NCBI RefSeq assembly: GCF_009914755.1
Contig: NC_060928.1
Length of the DNA stretch: 64,000 nucleotides
DNA from: the human T2T-CHM13v2.0 reference genome, Homo sapiens
Strand: one strand, 5' to 3'
Part shown: positions 11,650 through 25,465 of the stretch, piece after piece
Numbering within the stretch: position 1 is the stretch's first letter
Layout of the letters: each line of letters starts with the position of its first letter
The notes under the pieces: model-generated
The model's input: only the letters and a program-made list of their open reading frames with translations
Databases searched by the model: none
What the model was told of the DNA's origin: nothing
Made by a program: the position numbers and the translations under genes

Positions 11650-11900
11650 AGAGACTATTGAACACGGGAACGTTCTGACCGTGAACTGTTGGATGGATTG
11701 GTGGGATTACAGTCTGGAAGGCAGGAGGCCTATTGTAACAGATGAAAAATTGGGGTTTGGTTAGGTTAACAGCAGTGAAAATGGAAGGAAGAAAGAGTTT
11801 TGAAAAGGAAGAATCAAAGGAGCTTGCCAATTAGCTTTTGGGGGAGTGACAGCTACAGTTGTAGCTAAGGATTCAAGTGTCCCCAGTAAGGAAGAATAAG
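11650..11900 (-). mobile_element. L2 fragment
   Basis: Purine-rich L2-like motifs (ggatggattg...ctggaaggcagg; ggaagaatcaaaggagcttgccaattag); highly diverged. Confidence 0.55.
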
Positions 11901-12364
11901 TGATGAGAATGTATACAATAGAAAGGAAAGAAAATAAAATATTACAAAGAGCAGGTAGTGGCATTGGATGTAATTTGAAAGAATAAAAAGAAGGAAGTAC
12001 ATTTTAAAAAGAGACATGACACCTAGACAGTTAATTGCATCGTGGGGGACCACCTTATTATTTCGCTTAACTTTTCACGTAAGAAGAGGTCTTGATGATG
12101 ACTAGGGATGATGCACTGTCAAGATTGGGGAAACATTCTGTCCTAGGCTATTTTGATTTGTTTCAACCAATATTTATAAGATGTGATAAAAAATGATAAT
12201 GGTGAAGGTAAAAGGTTGGTACAAGAAGATAAGACCTGGCTGTGTTTTAGCTAATTCTGGTTACTTCTTTTCAAAATAAAGTAAGTTTCTTTTCTTATCC
12301 CTCTGAGTGTGCACGTGTGCATGTCTGTGCCTTGGGTTTTGATTACAAAATTTGCAATCATAAC

Positions 12365-12600
12365 TAAACCACTGAATGCCTACTCAGTGCCAGGAACTGT
12401 GCAAATCACTGATCACATTTACTCTTCACAGCAACCTTTAAATGTAGTAACATTATTGTTCCAGCTCTATAGATGGGGACATTGAATCTCGGAAAAATTA
12501 AAGAGATTTGCTGAAGTTCCCAAAGTTAATAAATGGCAGAGCCCAGATTCAAATCTAGGCAGTCTGGCTCCAGAGTCTTAGTTGTAAACAAATGTACTTT
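12365..12600 (-). mobile_element. MIR SINE
   Basis: actgaatgcctactcagtgccaggaactgtgc...atagatggggacattga...aaatggcagagcccagattcaaatctaggcagtctggctccagagtc. Confidence 0.85.
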
Positions 12601-13029
12601 ACTCTCAAATTTTATATTTGCTCTGAAAAAAAGGTACATAACCTCTCGTAAAAATTTCAGAAAATAAATTTATTTTCATCTTCAGCTTTTTCATATCATG
12701 TAGAGAGTAAAGGATTTATGTAGCATATTAAAACTTTAATTAATGTAGACAGAATATGTACATAGCCTGGATTTCTGAGGGAAAATGTGATAAAATTTCC
12801 TCTTTCCTTTCTAAGAGCACATAACCTGAAAACATCAGAGCTTCCACGTATGCATTTAAATGAGTAGTATTTGTCTTGAGATTATTTATTCATTGAGTGG
12901 AATGTTCCTGGTTGTATAATTTAGCACGAAGAGGTAAAAGTTTTTTCCCCACTTTTCTCCCCAAGTTGATTTTTCAGACATGAATTGCCTTTTACTCCTT
13001 CTCTACAGGCAAATTTCTATTCGTTTGAC

Positions 13030-13230
13030 AAGATTCACATCAAACTGAATTCCCTAATAATTCCAGGGAATTAGTGGCTCGCTTTGTGGGATTATCTAGC
13101 ACTCTCCATAAACCTCTCAGAACATGTTACTTTGAGCAATCATATCTTGAGGGCAAAGAGCTTCTATCTTATCTATTACCTGATGCACAGTAGGAATGTA
13201 TTAGAAATAGTTGAGCTGATGAATAAATGA
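13030..13230 (+). mobile_element. L2 3' end
   Basis: cttgagggcaaaga...cctgatgcacagtagg...tgaataaatga. Confidence 0.55.
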
Positions 13231-14394
13231 AAAATAGATGTATTTCAGAATACTATTGTGAGCATTTCAAGCCTGAGTATAATAGCCCTTTGTTCTAAAG
13301 AGCACAAATGACTTTTGGAATTCCTGAGGTACAATAGAGATTTGGGGAACAAAAGATTTCATTTGTGGTCCAAATGAAACTCTTACAGTAATTTCACTTG
13401 AAAGTCATAATGTGCACTGCCTGACTACGTTTTTTAAAAATATGACTGTTGATGGTGCTTTCTTCAATTTTTTCTTTTCAATTCTGAATCTGTTCTTGAT
13501 TGCTCTGAGTATCATCTTGCTGTTCAGAGTGAGTGTCCAATTATATTTAATTGCATCACTTTTCACAGTTAAAATTTCCACCATGACCAATTTTTCTGTG
13601 TTCCTGGATAGCTTTATGAGTAATCTATTATTTTTCTAATTTCCAATTTGAAATAATGACATGCTCAATTTGCTTCTTATGTTTGTCTAATGTATATGTC
13701 TGTGAATGTCAATTGCCTTTATTCATTTTAGCAAAATTGTTTAATTCACTTTAATTATAAGTTTGCTATGTTTCGCTTAGACCAAGCACACTATAAGATT
13801 CAACAGTTTTTTCTGCTATAACAATTATATTTCTCAGATGGCAAGTTATTGTGTCAGAACAATCAAATGACCTGAGATAGTTAGCCAAGGGGGATAATGG
13901 ATGCAAATGGAGGATTTATTTGGCACACGTAAGTGATTTGATTGTCTTTCTTTGCATCTCAAAGAGAATAAAATTTCATATACTACCAGGCAGAAAAGAT
14001 GAAAGGAGCCATTTCTACACCCTCCTATTTTAAGTAATTTATTCAGTCTTATTCCTGCAAATTTAGTAAAATTTGTTTTTCTGAGTGAAGTTATGCTTTT
14101 CTACCTAGAAGTAGAGAAGAAACCCAGTTCTGTATTTTCTATTTATGGATAGAAAGGGCCTTGTTTAGCAGTGGAATTTGAGTCAAGTTTTAGCATATGA
14201 GATAGCCACAAAATTGACACTAAATTGAATTCACTGCCTCTCAGTGTCTTCAACCTGAGAGGCAAATAACCAACCATGTGGCAGTATATCTGCAGTTAAA
14301 GCAGCTTCTCTTAAAGGATTACCTACTGCACATAATTTTGTCCTTTGCCCAACTACATGAATATTATAGTAAGTTACAATAATTTATAACCAAT

Positions 14395-14530
14395 TATTTC
14401 AACAAGCATTTCCTAAACCCTATCTAAATTCCCAGCACTATAGCAATCTGTGGAAGTTACAGCAGTGAATACAGTTGACTGAGCATTTGGGCAGCTTGCA
14501 ATCTACAGGATCATGGGCATCAGACAAATT
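14395..14530 (-). mobile_element. L2 3' end
   Basis: ttcaacaagcattt...ccagcactat...acagcagtgaatacag. Confidence 0.5.
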
Positions 14531-15119
14531 AACACAAGGGGCATAACCACAATTAGGGAGACATTTAGAGAGCTAATAAAGGCCAGTTAGAGTGATCTAC
14601 CCAGGGTCACAACTGGGAGGAGGCCAAGTCAGGTGTTGAATGTCTGCCCCAAACCTTATCAAAATGAGTAAAAGCACTTGAAGTCCTAATCTACCCACTG
14701 TACTCAGTAAAAGGCACAAAGGTTCCAATATCTACATATAGTGAAGAGTTAGAAAGACTGAAGATTAATTTCCTACTTTCAAGACTTAGAAACAAAGTAA
14801 ACACCACTTCCTGATCCTCAATTTTCTCATCTGTAAATTAATCTACTGTATAATGTTCATATATTCAATAGTGTTTTCTATATCACACTCCATAAATGAT
14901 GGCTATTTATTTTAGTAAGACTGTGTGTGGACTTTTCAATAATGCAAGGTTAAAAAAATGTAGAATTTTTGAAACAGATTTTGAATAAGCTCTTTCCTAC
15001 TTGAATTCAGGTCAGTATAACTTCTAAATTTAGAGCCTATGTTTCAAATAATCTGAGATACCAATGTGTAGAAAGCTAGGGAACAGCCTACATGGAATAA
15101 AGATCATGGTAGCCTTCAT

Positions 15120-15200
15120 CCTTTCCCCCATTCCACAACCCCCTTCTCTCTCTCTCTCTCTTTCTTTCTCTCCCTCTGTCTTCTTCCCCCTCTCCGCCTT
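15120..15200. repeat. CT-rich polypyrimidine tract including (CT)n
   Basis: cccttctctctctctctctctttctttctctccctctgtcttcttccccctctcc. Confidence 0.8.
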
Positions 15201-18160
15201 TCAGCACTTGTAGTACATTTTTGTTTGTAACCGCTGAGGGAATTATCTGCAGTCTTTCTTGAGGAAAGGGAAATAGGAAGAAAGCATGGAGAAGAAAGAG
15301 GATTTTCAAGTTCAAAAGGTACCTAGTTTGCGCTCATCTTTTCTGAAATTTGAGAAGATTTAACTCTGAGTGTTCCCAACAACCTTTCTGGTAGACAATG
15401 CTTGTAGCAAATGAATGCATGAGCAGAAACCATATCCAACAAAACAAAACAAAAAAAAAAATAGATAAACTGAAATTAGAGAAAACCAGACGAAGCCCTA
15501 GTACAGATTTTCTTTATGATTTTGGTAATATATACCAGGCTACTAGGTACAACTGAATAAGCTGGCCAATTGGTAGCAGCAAAATCTTTATCCTAAAGTC
15601 TTTATGTTTAATATTATTTTCACATAAATGATTTTTTTCTCCTGATTCAATTTTCAGTGAACAGTGAACACGTTTAAGAGCAGATATGTCAATTATAAGC
15701 ACACAGGGCTTAAAATGCCACTATTATAAGCATATTTTTTTTCAGAAGATTTTTAAGCTTTTAAAAGAGAACTTTTTTTTAGGAGATAGAATATATTATT
15801 TCAATTTTTCTCTGCTCTTCACATTTTTTTCTCCTTAATGTAATCATAAGACAAATATATAGTGTCAAACTTCATGGGCTTAAAAAAAATCTTTCACCTG
15901 TAAATTCTTTCTCAATTCTCTATGCCCAGTAAGAAGAGATTTGGGATATGTCACCAGGAGAACTGGGATTATTAAATGACACTTTCAATTGTTAGAGTTC
16001 TGTGTGAGTTAGAGACATTGAATTTAGTGGGCTCAATTTTAATCTGTTTTATAAGAAAGTGTCACTTTATATCATGTGAAAAAAATACTTCCTCAATTGG
16101 GATACAAAACATCAAAGTACTTCTTTGAACCTTTCAATATGTCTCCTAGGATAAAAACAACAAATCCTGTTTTTACTTTTCACGTCATACAGACTATTTT
16201 TTTTCAATCTGCCACCTAGATTACTTACCATTTTTATAAATCTCTGGCTGTCCTAACATTTAATATTCTTGTTTTAATGTTTACATGTCATGAAGACAAA
16301 GCATTTGAAATCTGTATTAAAAACTATTCTTTACTTAGGGTACATAAAACATGTTAACATTTCAGAATAAAGTATGGTGTTTGATATAGAAGATTCATGT
16401 AGAATTGATTATCCAAGCGCTTCTTGAAAAATCCTTAGGATTATGATTTTACTGATCTCTAATCCCTTTTGATAATGGAGATAATGCAAATAGACATTGA
16501 AAGTTAATAGCATCGTCATATGGTGGAGATAGGCAATTTACCAAAAGCACATATCACTATTTTCCATGAGCATACACATACAAAGCATTGGCAGCCTCCA
16601 CATTACATAAAACCACTAAAAGCAAAGCAAATAATTTAGGTAAATGTTATATATTCTACTAATCAGTGTCTTGTTTTCATTGTTTTCCACAGTTTTTTAA
16701 ACTAAATACCTTTCTCCCATGTAGGATTGGCCTTTTGGAATTAAGCTGAAGACTCTGAAACTGTCTATTGTTATTGTTTGCTACTTAGAGCTATTTCCCC
16801 AAAGGATTGTAATCAGTTTGCTTCTAAAGAATATGTGATGTTTGAAAGAGAATGGCAGACAGAAAATTAAAAATAAAATAATTACGAAATGGAAATACAT
16901 AAAGTAGGTTGCAAATTGTCTTATCAACTTTGGCCAATTAGTCTGAAACAAGCTCTAAACCCATGCTCTTAGAAATGTCAAATCTATATTTGTATCAAAA
17001 AGTGGTTCAATTTTAATCCATCCATATGCCTGTGATTTAGAAAAATACATGGAAGACACCTGGAGACAAACATTGCAAAATGACTTTATTTACAGCTAAT
17101 CAATATTGGGCAACCACATGGCTTTTTAAGTTTTCTGTTATACCTGGCTCTAAAAGTACAAATATAAAACAGCCATAGATAGAGTCTGAGTTGATAGGTC
17201 AATAATAAACATGTCTTTGTAACACTGATGCCTTTCTGTTTAGAGAGAGCAATCTGGTAAGTTTCTGTACATTTAAATCATTTCTTTAAAATTACTGAAA
17301 TCACTGGATATGATAAAACTAGTCCATTGTTTCATATTACAATGTATATGATTCTCTAAGTAATTCTAAGACCTAAGTATATGACCATCTAAGTAATTCT
17401 AAGTAAATATATATATATGTAATTCTAAGAACCAGCTGGTATTAAATAAATACTGTCCTAAAAGTATAATATAATACATTTGCATGTCTCTAGATAGAAT
17501 TTCTATGCGTTTACTTACACTGTGTATACTTATATACACACAGCTATAAATTGGTAAGTACGTTTTGAATAAAATGATCATATTCATATTTCATAGAACT
17601 TACCCTTCTTGAGTTTGATGTGTCAGTGAAATTTTACCTTTGTCAAACTCTTCCAAGTCAGAGTTATTGTTTAAAGGAATATATTTTTCCTGCTTATCTG
17701 CTTCCATCATTTTCATTTCTGAAAGTCTTGATTCAATAATCTCTGAAAGTCTGCTTAAATCCTAAGGTGATTTAAAAGCTATGCTTATAAATTCTATTTG
17801 TATCCTATAATAACATTAAGAACAAACTTTGGGGTAGACAGCTTGTTAACCTGAGCTTCCTAACTTAGTGTTGAGCCTGCAGCTCAAGAAGCCTGTGGGG
17901 TTTTCCTGCAAAAAGTTCCTCCCACTTTAACTGCAGGTAGGATTTCAGTGTCACCTTCACAGGACTGGATGTGGGGAGGGCAAAGGAGAGAACAAGTCTA
18001 GCAAGATAAAGGACTCACATGAGGGGAGGTGATGTGAAAGCAAATATCAATCAATAACCAATAACCTGTTTTGTGAATTTCGATCTAAGTTTTCCCTTCA
18101 TCTGAAACTGTTAATAAAAAAGAGTCAAAAAATTTTTTAAAAGGGGGAACAACAGTGTCA

Positions 18161-18383
18161 TTTTATTATTTATTTATTTATTTATTTGACGTTTAAGTTC
18201 CTGGTTACAAGTGCAGGTTACATAGGAAAGCTTTTGTCATGGGGGTTCGTTGCACAGATTATTTCATCACCCAGGTATTAAGCCTAGTACCCATTAGTTA
18301 TCTTTCCTGATCTTCGCCCTCCTCCCCCACTCCACCTTCTGAAAGGCCCCAGCCTGTGTTGTTCCCTCTGTGTGTCAATGTGT
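18161..18383 (-). mobile_element. L1PA13-16-like 3' end fragment
   Basis: (TTTA)n tail; gtcatgggggtt.gttg.acagattatttcatcacccaggtattaagcctagtacc. Confidence 0.88.
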
Positions 18384-18416
18384 ATTACATACCCTAAAAG
18401 ACACAGGCTTCAGGCT

Positions 18417-18714
18417 TCTTTTTTTTTTTTTTTTTTGACGGAGTCTTGCTCTGTTGCCCAGGCTGGAGTGCAGTGGGGCCTCTAGGCTCACTGCAAGCTT
18501 CGCCTCCTGGGTTCACACCATTCTCCTGCCTCACCCTCCCCAGTAACTGGGACTATAGGCACCCGCCACTACACCTGGCTAACTTTTTGTATTTTTATTA
18601 GAGACAGGATTTCACCGTGTTAGCCAGGATGGTCTTGATCTCCTGAGCTCGTGATCCTCCCGCCTCGGCCTCCCAAAGTGCTGGGATTACAGACGTGAGC
18701 CACCGCGCCAGGCC
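18417..18714 (-). mobile_element. AluY
   Basis: Poly(T); ctgcaagct, ttcacaccattctcc and gttagccaggatggtcttgatctcctga; ends ggcc. Confidence 0.93.
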
Positions 18715-19076
18715 AGTTTCATTCTTAATTCTGTGGCCAAACACTAAACAGCATTCTTGAGCCAGATTTTTTTCTTTCTAGCTCAGGCTACTGTAGTCTC
18801 CACGTTCTGTGATGTCTTTTATTCAAGTAAGAATGCAAGTCCTTTCAGGTATCTTCGAAATCTTTATTCTGATATGTAACCCTGGCAATAAAGTATTAGT
18901 ACCTATACGTTGGATGTAAATAAAGCCCATTAATCATTTGTTGATCAAAAAGGTTCAGAAAATTAGTAGGTTGTTCATATGTGGACAATATTCTTATTAG
19001 TCTATTAGTTCTGTTCATTTTGCAAAGGGTAGATACTTGCACAGGCAATTGCCATCTTTTCATCTTTCTCTTAGAG

Positions 19077-19185
19077 AACTGGTTCTCAGGCTGGAACATT
19101 ACATTCACTTGGGGAGTGTTTAAAAAAATATCAGTGCCAGGGCCCCAATTCAGATAAATTAAATCACAATTTTTGAAGGCAGAAT
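19077..19185. mobile_element. MER5A1-like hAT-Charlie MITE fragment
   Basis: tggttctcag...tcacttggggagtgtttaaaaaaatatcagtgccagggcccc...cagataaattaaatcacaat. Confidence 0.6.
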
Positions 19186-19229
19186 CATATATATATATAT
19201 GGGCTCTATATGTTTACGTCTCTCTCGGA

Positions 19230-19575
19230 CACATAGCTAGATGATATGCAGTTACGTATGGCCATAGGACTGAGTTCCCAACAATGGATGGTGATGAAAA
19301 AGTGCTTCTGATACTTTCAAGTCTGAACATAAAGCTGTTTTCTTTATCTATTTGCTTGCTCCATTGAACATACTCTGAAAACTTAGAGGAAGGTAAAGTT
19401 AGAATATGTAAGAAATTTGTAAATTTTTGCATGGAAGGTACCTCCCAGGAGAGCCATCTTACCAAAAACACTCACAATGGGCTACTGTGTGAGCAGCAGA
19501 TACATTTTTACTGTGGTAAGCCACTGAAATTTTGGGAATTCTTATTTTAACATTTAGCCTATCTTCAGTAATACA
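19230..19575 (+). mobile_element. Ancient MLT1 (H/J-like) MaLR LTR fragment
   Basis: 3' end tgtgagc...ttttactgtggtaagccactgaaattttggg...aataca; the 5' boundary is uncertain. Confidence 0.55.
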
Positions 19576-21190
19576 CAGAAGAAAGTATCAGAAGATGAAT
19601 GCAATACTCAGGTCTTAGGAAGAGAAGGATTAAGAACTGATGTGAGAATTCTAGTAGCAGCAGTTTGCTGATCTTGAATGTGGAGCACTACCTGTAATTG
19701 AGCTCCAACAACTGCCAGCCCCCATGATACTTCATCTTCAACTTCTTTTTTCTGGAAACAAGAATCTGAAGGATTCATAGTTAATCCACTGTCCAACTCT
19801 GGATCAGTTAGTTAGCTGTGGCTGGTGGAAGAGAGCACACTTTTGGAAAGACAGAGAGAATCTCCTTTTTTTCTGTTGTATTTCTATTACTGCTCTTATT
19901 ATTTCTATAGTGCTTCTGTGTAAATTCCCTCAAAACTTGTATGAAATTACTAGAACAAAAATAAATAAATGTATAAATAATACATAGATCAAGGATTCTA
20001 TTTTTTTCCTCTTTTTAAGTTAGCAGTGCCACTTATTTCTCCACAGGCCTTTGGCATCATTCATATTCTTCAACCTCTTCAAAGGTTTCTAATAGTAGTT
20101 CACTGATCTCATTTACACGTTTTTCATATATCCTGAAATATAATTATCCTCCCACCATGAGAATTTAATTCATTTACAACAGCCCAGGTATTCTTTTACA
20201 ATCTCTTCTTACATATTAAGTTTTATTTCCTTCTTATCATGCTGAAGTTCATTCTCCTTGACAGGGAAGATAGAAATAAGATGACAGAGAAAAAGTACCT
20301 CATGTTGTCCATCAACAGTATATCATAGGCTGCTGAAAACCAGCCTTTGTATTTCATCATCTTTCTTGATTTGAATTTAACCAAAAGAGTGGACATTGTT
20401 TTTCAGAACAATTCTTTAAAGCCTAAACTCATTAGGAGCTTTAGATACAATAATATTGGTCTTATTGCTTTATGTAATCTTTCTACTGATCTTTAAGAGA
20501 ACCATCTCCACCATTTTTACATATAAATTTTAAAGTGTGAATTCATCAGAGCACACTGTATGTACTTTTTCTAGCTTTATTTAGGTATTTTCTTCTCTCT
20601 TTCTCAATAGGATCATTTATGATTGAAAAAATAAATATTATACTTCTGAGAATCCCTAAGTCACCATCTATGACAGAATCTCATATCATAAAATCATTAC
20701 TATCTCTTTCCTAAATGTTTGAATTTCTGCCTTTAAGGATACATGTCTTCATTGTCTCAGTTATTACAAACTCTTAAATCACATGGTTTCTTTTTCCTTG
20801 TTTTATTGTCACAAAGAGAAGGAATGGCACTATCTGAGGAATGAATTATCATTTTTTGATTTTCTGTCTTGGAAATATAATTCTTAATATATGCAGAGTC
20901 ACTAGCCTAGCTGCAAAACTAGTTAAGAGCATAGAAAAATAAAATGTAAAAATCAGAATGACAATTTTTGAATTCACATTCATAGATCTCTATCAACGAG
21001 GACATGTAGATACTTTCATTAAATGATGAGCTTATTCTTCCTCTGCAGTCAAATATATATAAAATGTCAAATTGTAATCTAATGACATTGGGCAAATTGA
21101 AATAAGTTGGGTGATTTTTATTATTAGGATCATCATTCCATAAAAGCTGGATGCGTCAACCTTACCAAGAAGGAAATATCTATATATTTG

Positions 21191-21300
21191 CTTCGGGAGG
21201 CTGAGGAGGATCTCTTGAGCCCAGGAGTTGGAGGCTGCACTGAGCTATGATTGTACCACTCTACTCCAACCTGGGTGCACAGTGACACCTTGTCTCTAAT
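21191..21300 (+). mobile_element. FRAM/AluJ right-arm fragment followed by TA-rich repeat (to ~21372)
   Basis: cttgagcccaggagttggaggctgcactgagctatgattgtaccact. Confidence 0.85.
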
Positions 21301-22750
21301 ACCTATATCTATATATAAACAATCTATAGACACACACTTCATATATGTGTTTATATATATATATATATATGATATTTTTCAGGCTAGTATTTAGGATCCC
21401 CTAAAGTCTTTGGCTATGTTTGGGGGATATTATTTCTATAATTGTATTTTACTTATGTATTTTAATTTATAAATTATAAAAAATTAGTTATAAAACCTAA
21501 ATTGTATTTTCAAGGAATTATTCATAGTTGAAAATAATTTTTAATTCTCAAGTCAATGTTCTAAATTGATATAAACAGACTACAATTTTGAGAGGATGTG
21601 AAGGCAACAGTTTCATATCTGTCTCTAAGCCATTTATTGCCCTATTAAAAACAAAACCTTTTTGGAGTTATTTCACTAGGCAATAAGTCATAAATTACCT
21701 GCAAAGACTAGTTTTTTATCCAAGTCCCAAGATCCAATAAGATTTACTTAGAAATCCCTAGCTAGGCAGAAATATGAAAATATTTTCTTGCTTTCCCACA
21801 GTCTCTAAGGCAAATTTACCTATCTTGGCTTTAAGCATTCATGTGCTGATAGTTTAGCTCTCTCAAAATAATGTCATTTTTCTATTTTCAAATTCTCTGT
21901 GGCTCCAAACTCCTTTATTCTTGAAAATTTCACTGCAACACAAATTAATTCTTATGCCTGGAGAATTGGCCTGGAGCAGTGTTTTTTTTTTTTTCCCAAG
22001 ATGAATTTTTCAGCAGAGCATATCAAGAATTTGTTAGGAACTATATAATATTAGTTAAATAAACTCCAAGGATTTCCCAGATATTTGAAAGTTGCCAGTG
22101 GTTTCTGACTTTTGTGCCAAGGGTACATTAGTTGGTCTAGGATACTTATATAATATTATTATATTAATTTATCTTTTCATTTATTCTTAGCCATATATTT
22201 ACATGTCAATATTCATAGGCCCAAAAGATTCAAAAATTTTCATGCAGGTAAATATCTTCTTGAGATACTGTTTTCTTATCCAAAACACCTTTTAAATATC
22301 AAATGAACATTTATTGCTCTAATCCAGTATTTAGCTCCATTCCAACTAGTCTTAATAAAACTTAAGCAATTTTATTTACATTCCTAAATTTATACTTGCA
22401 ATTACAATTAGTCTTTGACACCACCTGACAAAACTGCTATGTTTTCCTTTTCCTGTTCTCCATGATGACTTTGTCAAACACACTCTACTGTTTTTTAACT
22501 CTCTCTTGTCTGTCTTCACATCACAGAAAATCAAAGACTTCATAGGTGAGTAATCCTAACTTGGGGAAGAAAGAAAAAACTGCCTGTATTTGCAATCACT
22601 CTTACTTTCCTTTTTTTTTTTTTTTTTTTTAATAATGTTTAGTAATTCACTGTTATGTGCCAAGGACCTACTAGATTCTGCTACTGGGTTTACAGTCTAG
22701 TAGTCAGGGAGAAATACAGGTGTACCGGTAAGTCCCACATTACGTGATAA

Positions 22751-22998
22751 TGTTCTCACTTATAAGTCGGAGCTAAATGATGAGAACACATGGGCATATA
22801 TGGGGGACAACACACACTGGGGGCCTATTGCAGGGCAGAGGGTGGGAGGAGGGAGACAATCAGGAAAAATTACTAATGTGTACCAGGTTTAATACCTGGG
22901 TGATGAAATAATCTGTACAACAAACCCCCATGACACTAGTTTATGTATGTAACAAACCTGCACGTGTACCCCTGAACTTAAAACAAAAGTTAAAAAAT
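22751..22998 (+). mobile_element. L1PA13-16-like 3' end fragment
   Basis: tgttctcacttataagt...aatacctgggtgatgaaataatctgtacaacaaacccccatgacac...cctgaacttaaaa. Confidence 0.9.
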
Positions 22999-23421
22999 AT
23001 TAAAAATGCTATATAGAGGTGTGATTGAGTTTAAGATACCACCAGAATAGAACTCTAATCAGATAGGTAAGCTAGGATTCTTCTACTGTCTGTAATGCAT
23101 AAGCAAAATCTTGAAGAATGAGTAAAGATTAGCCTGGAGAGTGGAGTGAGAAGTTCTAACCAGATGACTTGGAATTTGTATAGCCATGGGTACAAAGGAG
23201 CAGGAAAGTTTTCTGTTATTTATTTTTGCCCCTGAAGAACCTAAATATTTATTTATTTAAATTCTTAGTTATTGTGTGACCGAAGCAAAGGGAATATATG
23301 GGATGTAAGGAAAATGATTAGAAATGAACTATCAAATTATACAGAATCTTAAGTGCCCGTGCTTTATTCTTATGTCTCATAGGGGATGGGATTGGCACTG
23401 GAGGGCTTTAGCAAGAGAAGT

Positions 23422-23797
23422 TGTTATGGATTGAATTATGTCTCCCCGAAATACATATGTTGAAGTCCTAACCCCCAATGTATCTATATTTAGAGATAGG
23501 GCTTTTGAAGAGGTAATTAAGGTTAAATGAGGTCATAAGGGAGGGGCCCTAATCCAATATGGTGGGCATCCTCATAGAAAGAGGAAAAGACACTAGGGAT
23601 GCCTGTGCACAGAGAAAACGCCATGTGAGGACACAGAGAGAAGATGCCATCTGCAAGATGAGCAGAGGTCTCAAAAGAAACTGAAGCTGATGACACATTG
23701 ACCTTGAATTTCTAGCCTCCAGAACTGTGAGCAATAAGTTATTGTTTAAGCTACACAGTAAGTGGTATTTTGTTATGGCAGCCCTCAGACTAATACA
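23422..23797 (+). mobile_element. MLT1A0-like solo LTR
   Basis: tgttatggattgaatt...ctagcctccagaactgtgag...gactaataca; TSD gaagt/gaggt. Confidence 0.9.
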
Positions 23798-24200
23798 GAG
23801 GTATAATAAGTCTCATATTTTCAAAGTAAATTCTAATATCGATATGAATAATAAATTCAATGGGTGCGGGGAGAATGTATGAAAACTGAAAACAAACTAT
23901 GAGTAACACAGGTATTTTGTAGGATTGAAAGAAGTGGACATTGGAGAATTGGGGCTAACAGATTTTAAGAACTTAGAATACACTTACAGCAGATTATTAA
24001 AAGTCAGAGATAAGGTATATGAAGACAGCTAAGATTATTTTCAAATTTCTCTTTGGAAAGCTAGACTGTACTATTCATCAAGCTAAGAAACAGGAAAAAA
24101 AAAAGATCTGGAGGAAAGATAATGGACTTTATTTCTGACATGAGTGGGTTTCAGGTGTCTGTAAGACATCCAAATAGAATTTCCAATAGATACTGAATAC

Positions 24201-24783
24201 TGTGATGAGTAATCTTGAGTGTCAACTTGATTGGACTGAAGGATGCAAAGTATTGTTCCTGGGTGTGTCTGTGAGGGTGTTGTCAAAAGAGATTAACATT
24301 TGAGCCAGTGGACTGGGAGAGGAAGACCCACCCTCAACCTGGGTGGGCATCATTGAATCAGCTGCCAGTGTGGCTAGGATAAAAGCAGGCAGGGGAACGT
24401 GGAAGGACTAGACTGGCTGAGTCTTCCGGGCTTCATCTTTCTCCCGTGCTGGATGCTTTCTGCCCTTGAACAGCAGATTCCAAGATCTTCAGCTTTTGGA
24501 CTCTTAGACTTACACCCATGGTTTACCAGGGGCTCAGGCCTTGGGCCACAGACTGAAGGCTGCACTGTCGGCTTCCCTACTTTTGAGGTTTTGGGACTCA
24601 GACTGGCTTCCTTGCTCCTCAGCTTGCAGCCAGCCTATTGTGGGACTTCAGCTTGTGATCATGTGAGTCAATACTCCCTAATAATAAACTCCTTTTCGTA
24701 TATACATCTATCCTTAATAATAAACTCCCTTTCATATATACATCTATACTATTTGTCCTGTCCCTCTAGAGAACCCTAATACA
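24201..24783 (+). mobile_element. MLT2A2 solo LTR (HERV-L)
   Basis: tgtgatg...gtgtcaacttgattgga...ccacagactgaaggctgcactgtcggcttccctac...agagaaccctaataca; TSD aatac/gatac. Confidence 0.92.
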
Positions 24784-24824
24784 GATACATATATGTAGAG
24801 ATTAACACAATTCCATGAAAGTTA

Positions 24825-24927
24825 TATATAATATGTATGTGTATATATATGTATATATATGTGTGTATGTATGTATATATATGTGTATATATGTGTATAT
24901 ATATGTGTGTATATATATGTGTGTGTG

Positions 24928-24974
<47 letters not shown>
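24825..24974. repeat. Compound (TA/TG)n(GA)n microsatellite
   Basis: Directly visible in the sequence. Confidence 0.95.
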
Positions 24975-24984
24975 GGCTATAAGG

Positions 24985-25465
24985 CTATACAAAATCTGGT
25001 TCTTAGTTACCTAACTCTCCCAATGTAACTCCTATTATTTATCACCATGTATGTACATTCTCCAGTCACAATGGCATTCTTCATGTTTGTGGTAATTGCC
25101 AGGAACATTCCTATTGAACTTAATGTTCACCCTGCCTAGAATGTTTTCATGCCAGATTTTTAAATATAATTATCCCTTGCATTATTTATTTCTCTATTAA
25201 AATGCTATCTCACAAAGGCTTTCCATGACCCATAACTATCCCCTTCCCCTACATTTTTCTCTTTATGACACTAATGACCCTGGAATGCTGTATGCTGTGC
25301 TTATTAGTTCATTGGCTTTCCCATCCTCTAGATTGTAATTTCCATAGATCTGATACTTTACATTTTTTACACCATGTCCCTGGTATATATAACAATGGCA
25401 GGTGCATAAAAGGTAGTCAATGAATACGTAGGTAGAGATAGATAGATAGATAGACAGAATGGCTG
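24985..25465 (+). mobile_element. L2a 3' end, opposite to the host L2, with a GATA-like tail
   Basis: tgttcaccctgcctagaatg...ctagattgtaatttccatag...aggtagtcaatgaata. Confidence 0.65.

Noticed and set aside
24837-25028. 63-aa ORF (MCIYMYIYV...ERERE)
   Set aside because: It is a translation of the TA/TG/GA microsatellite.
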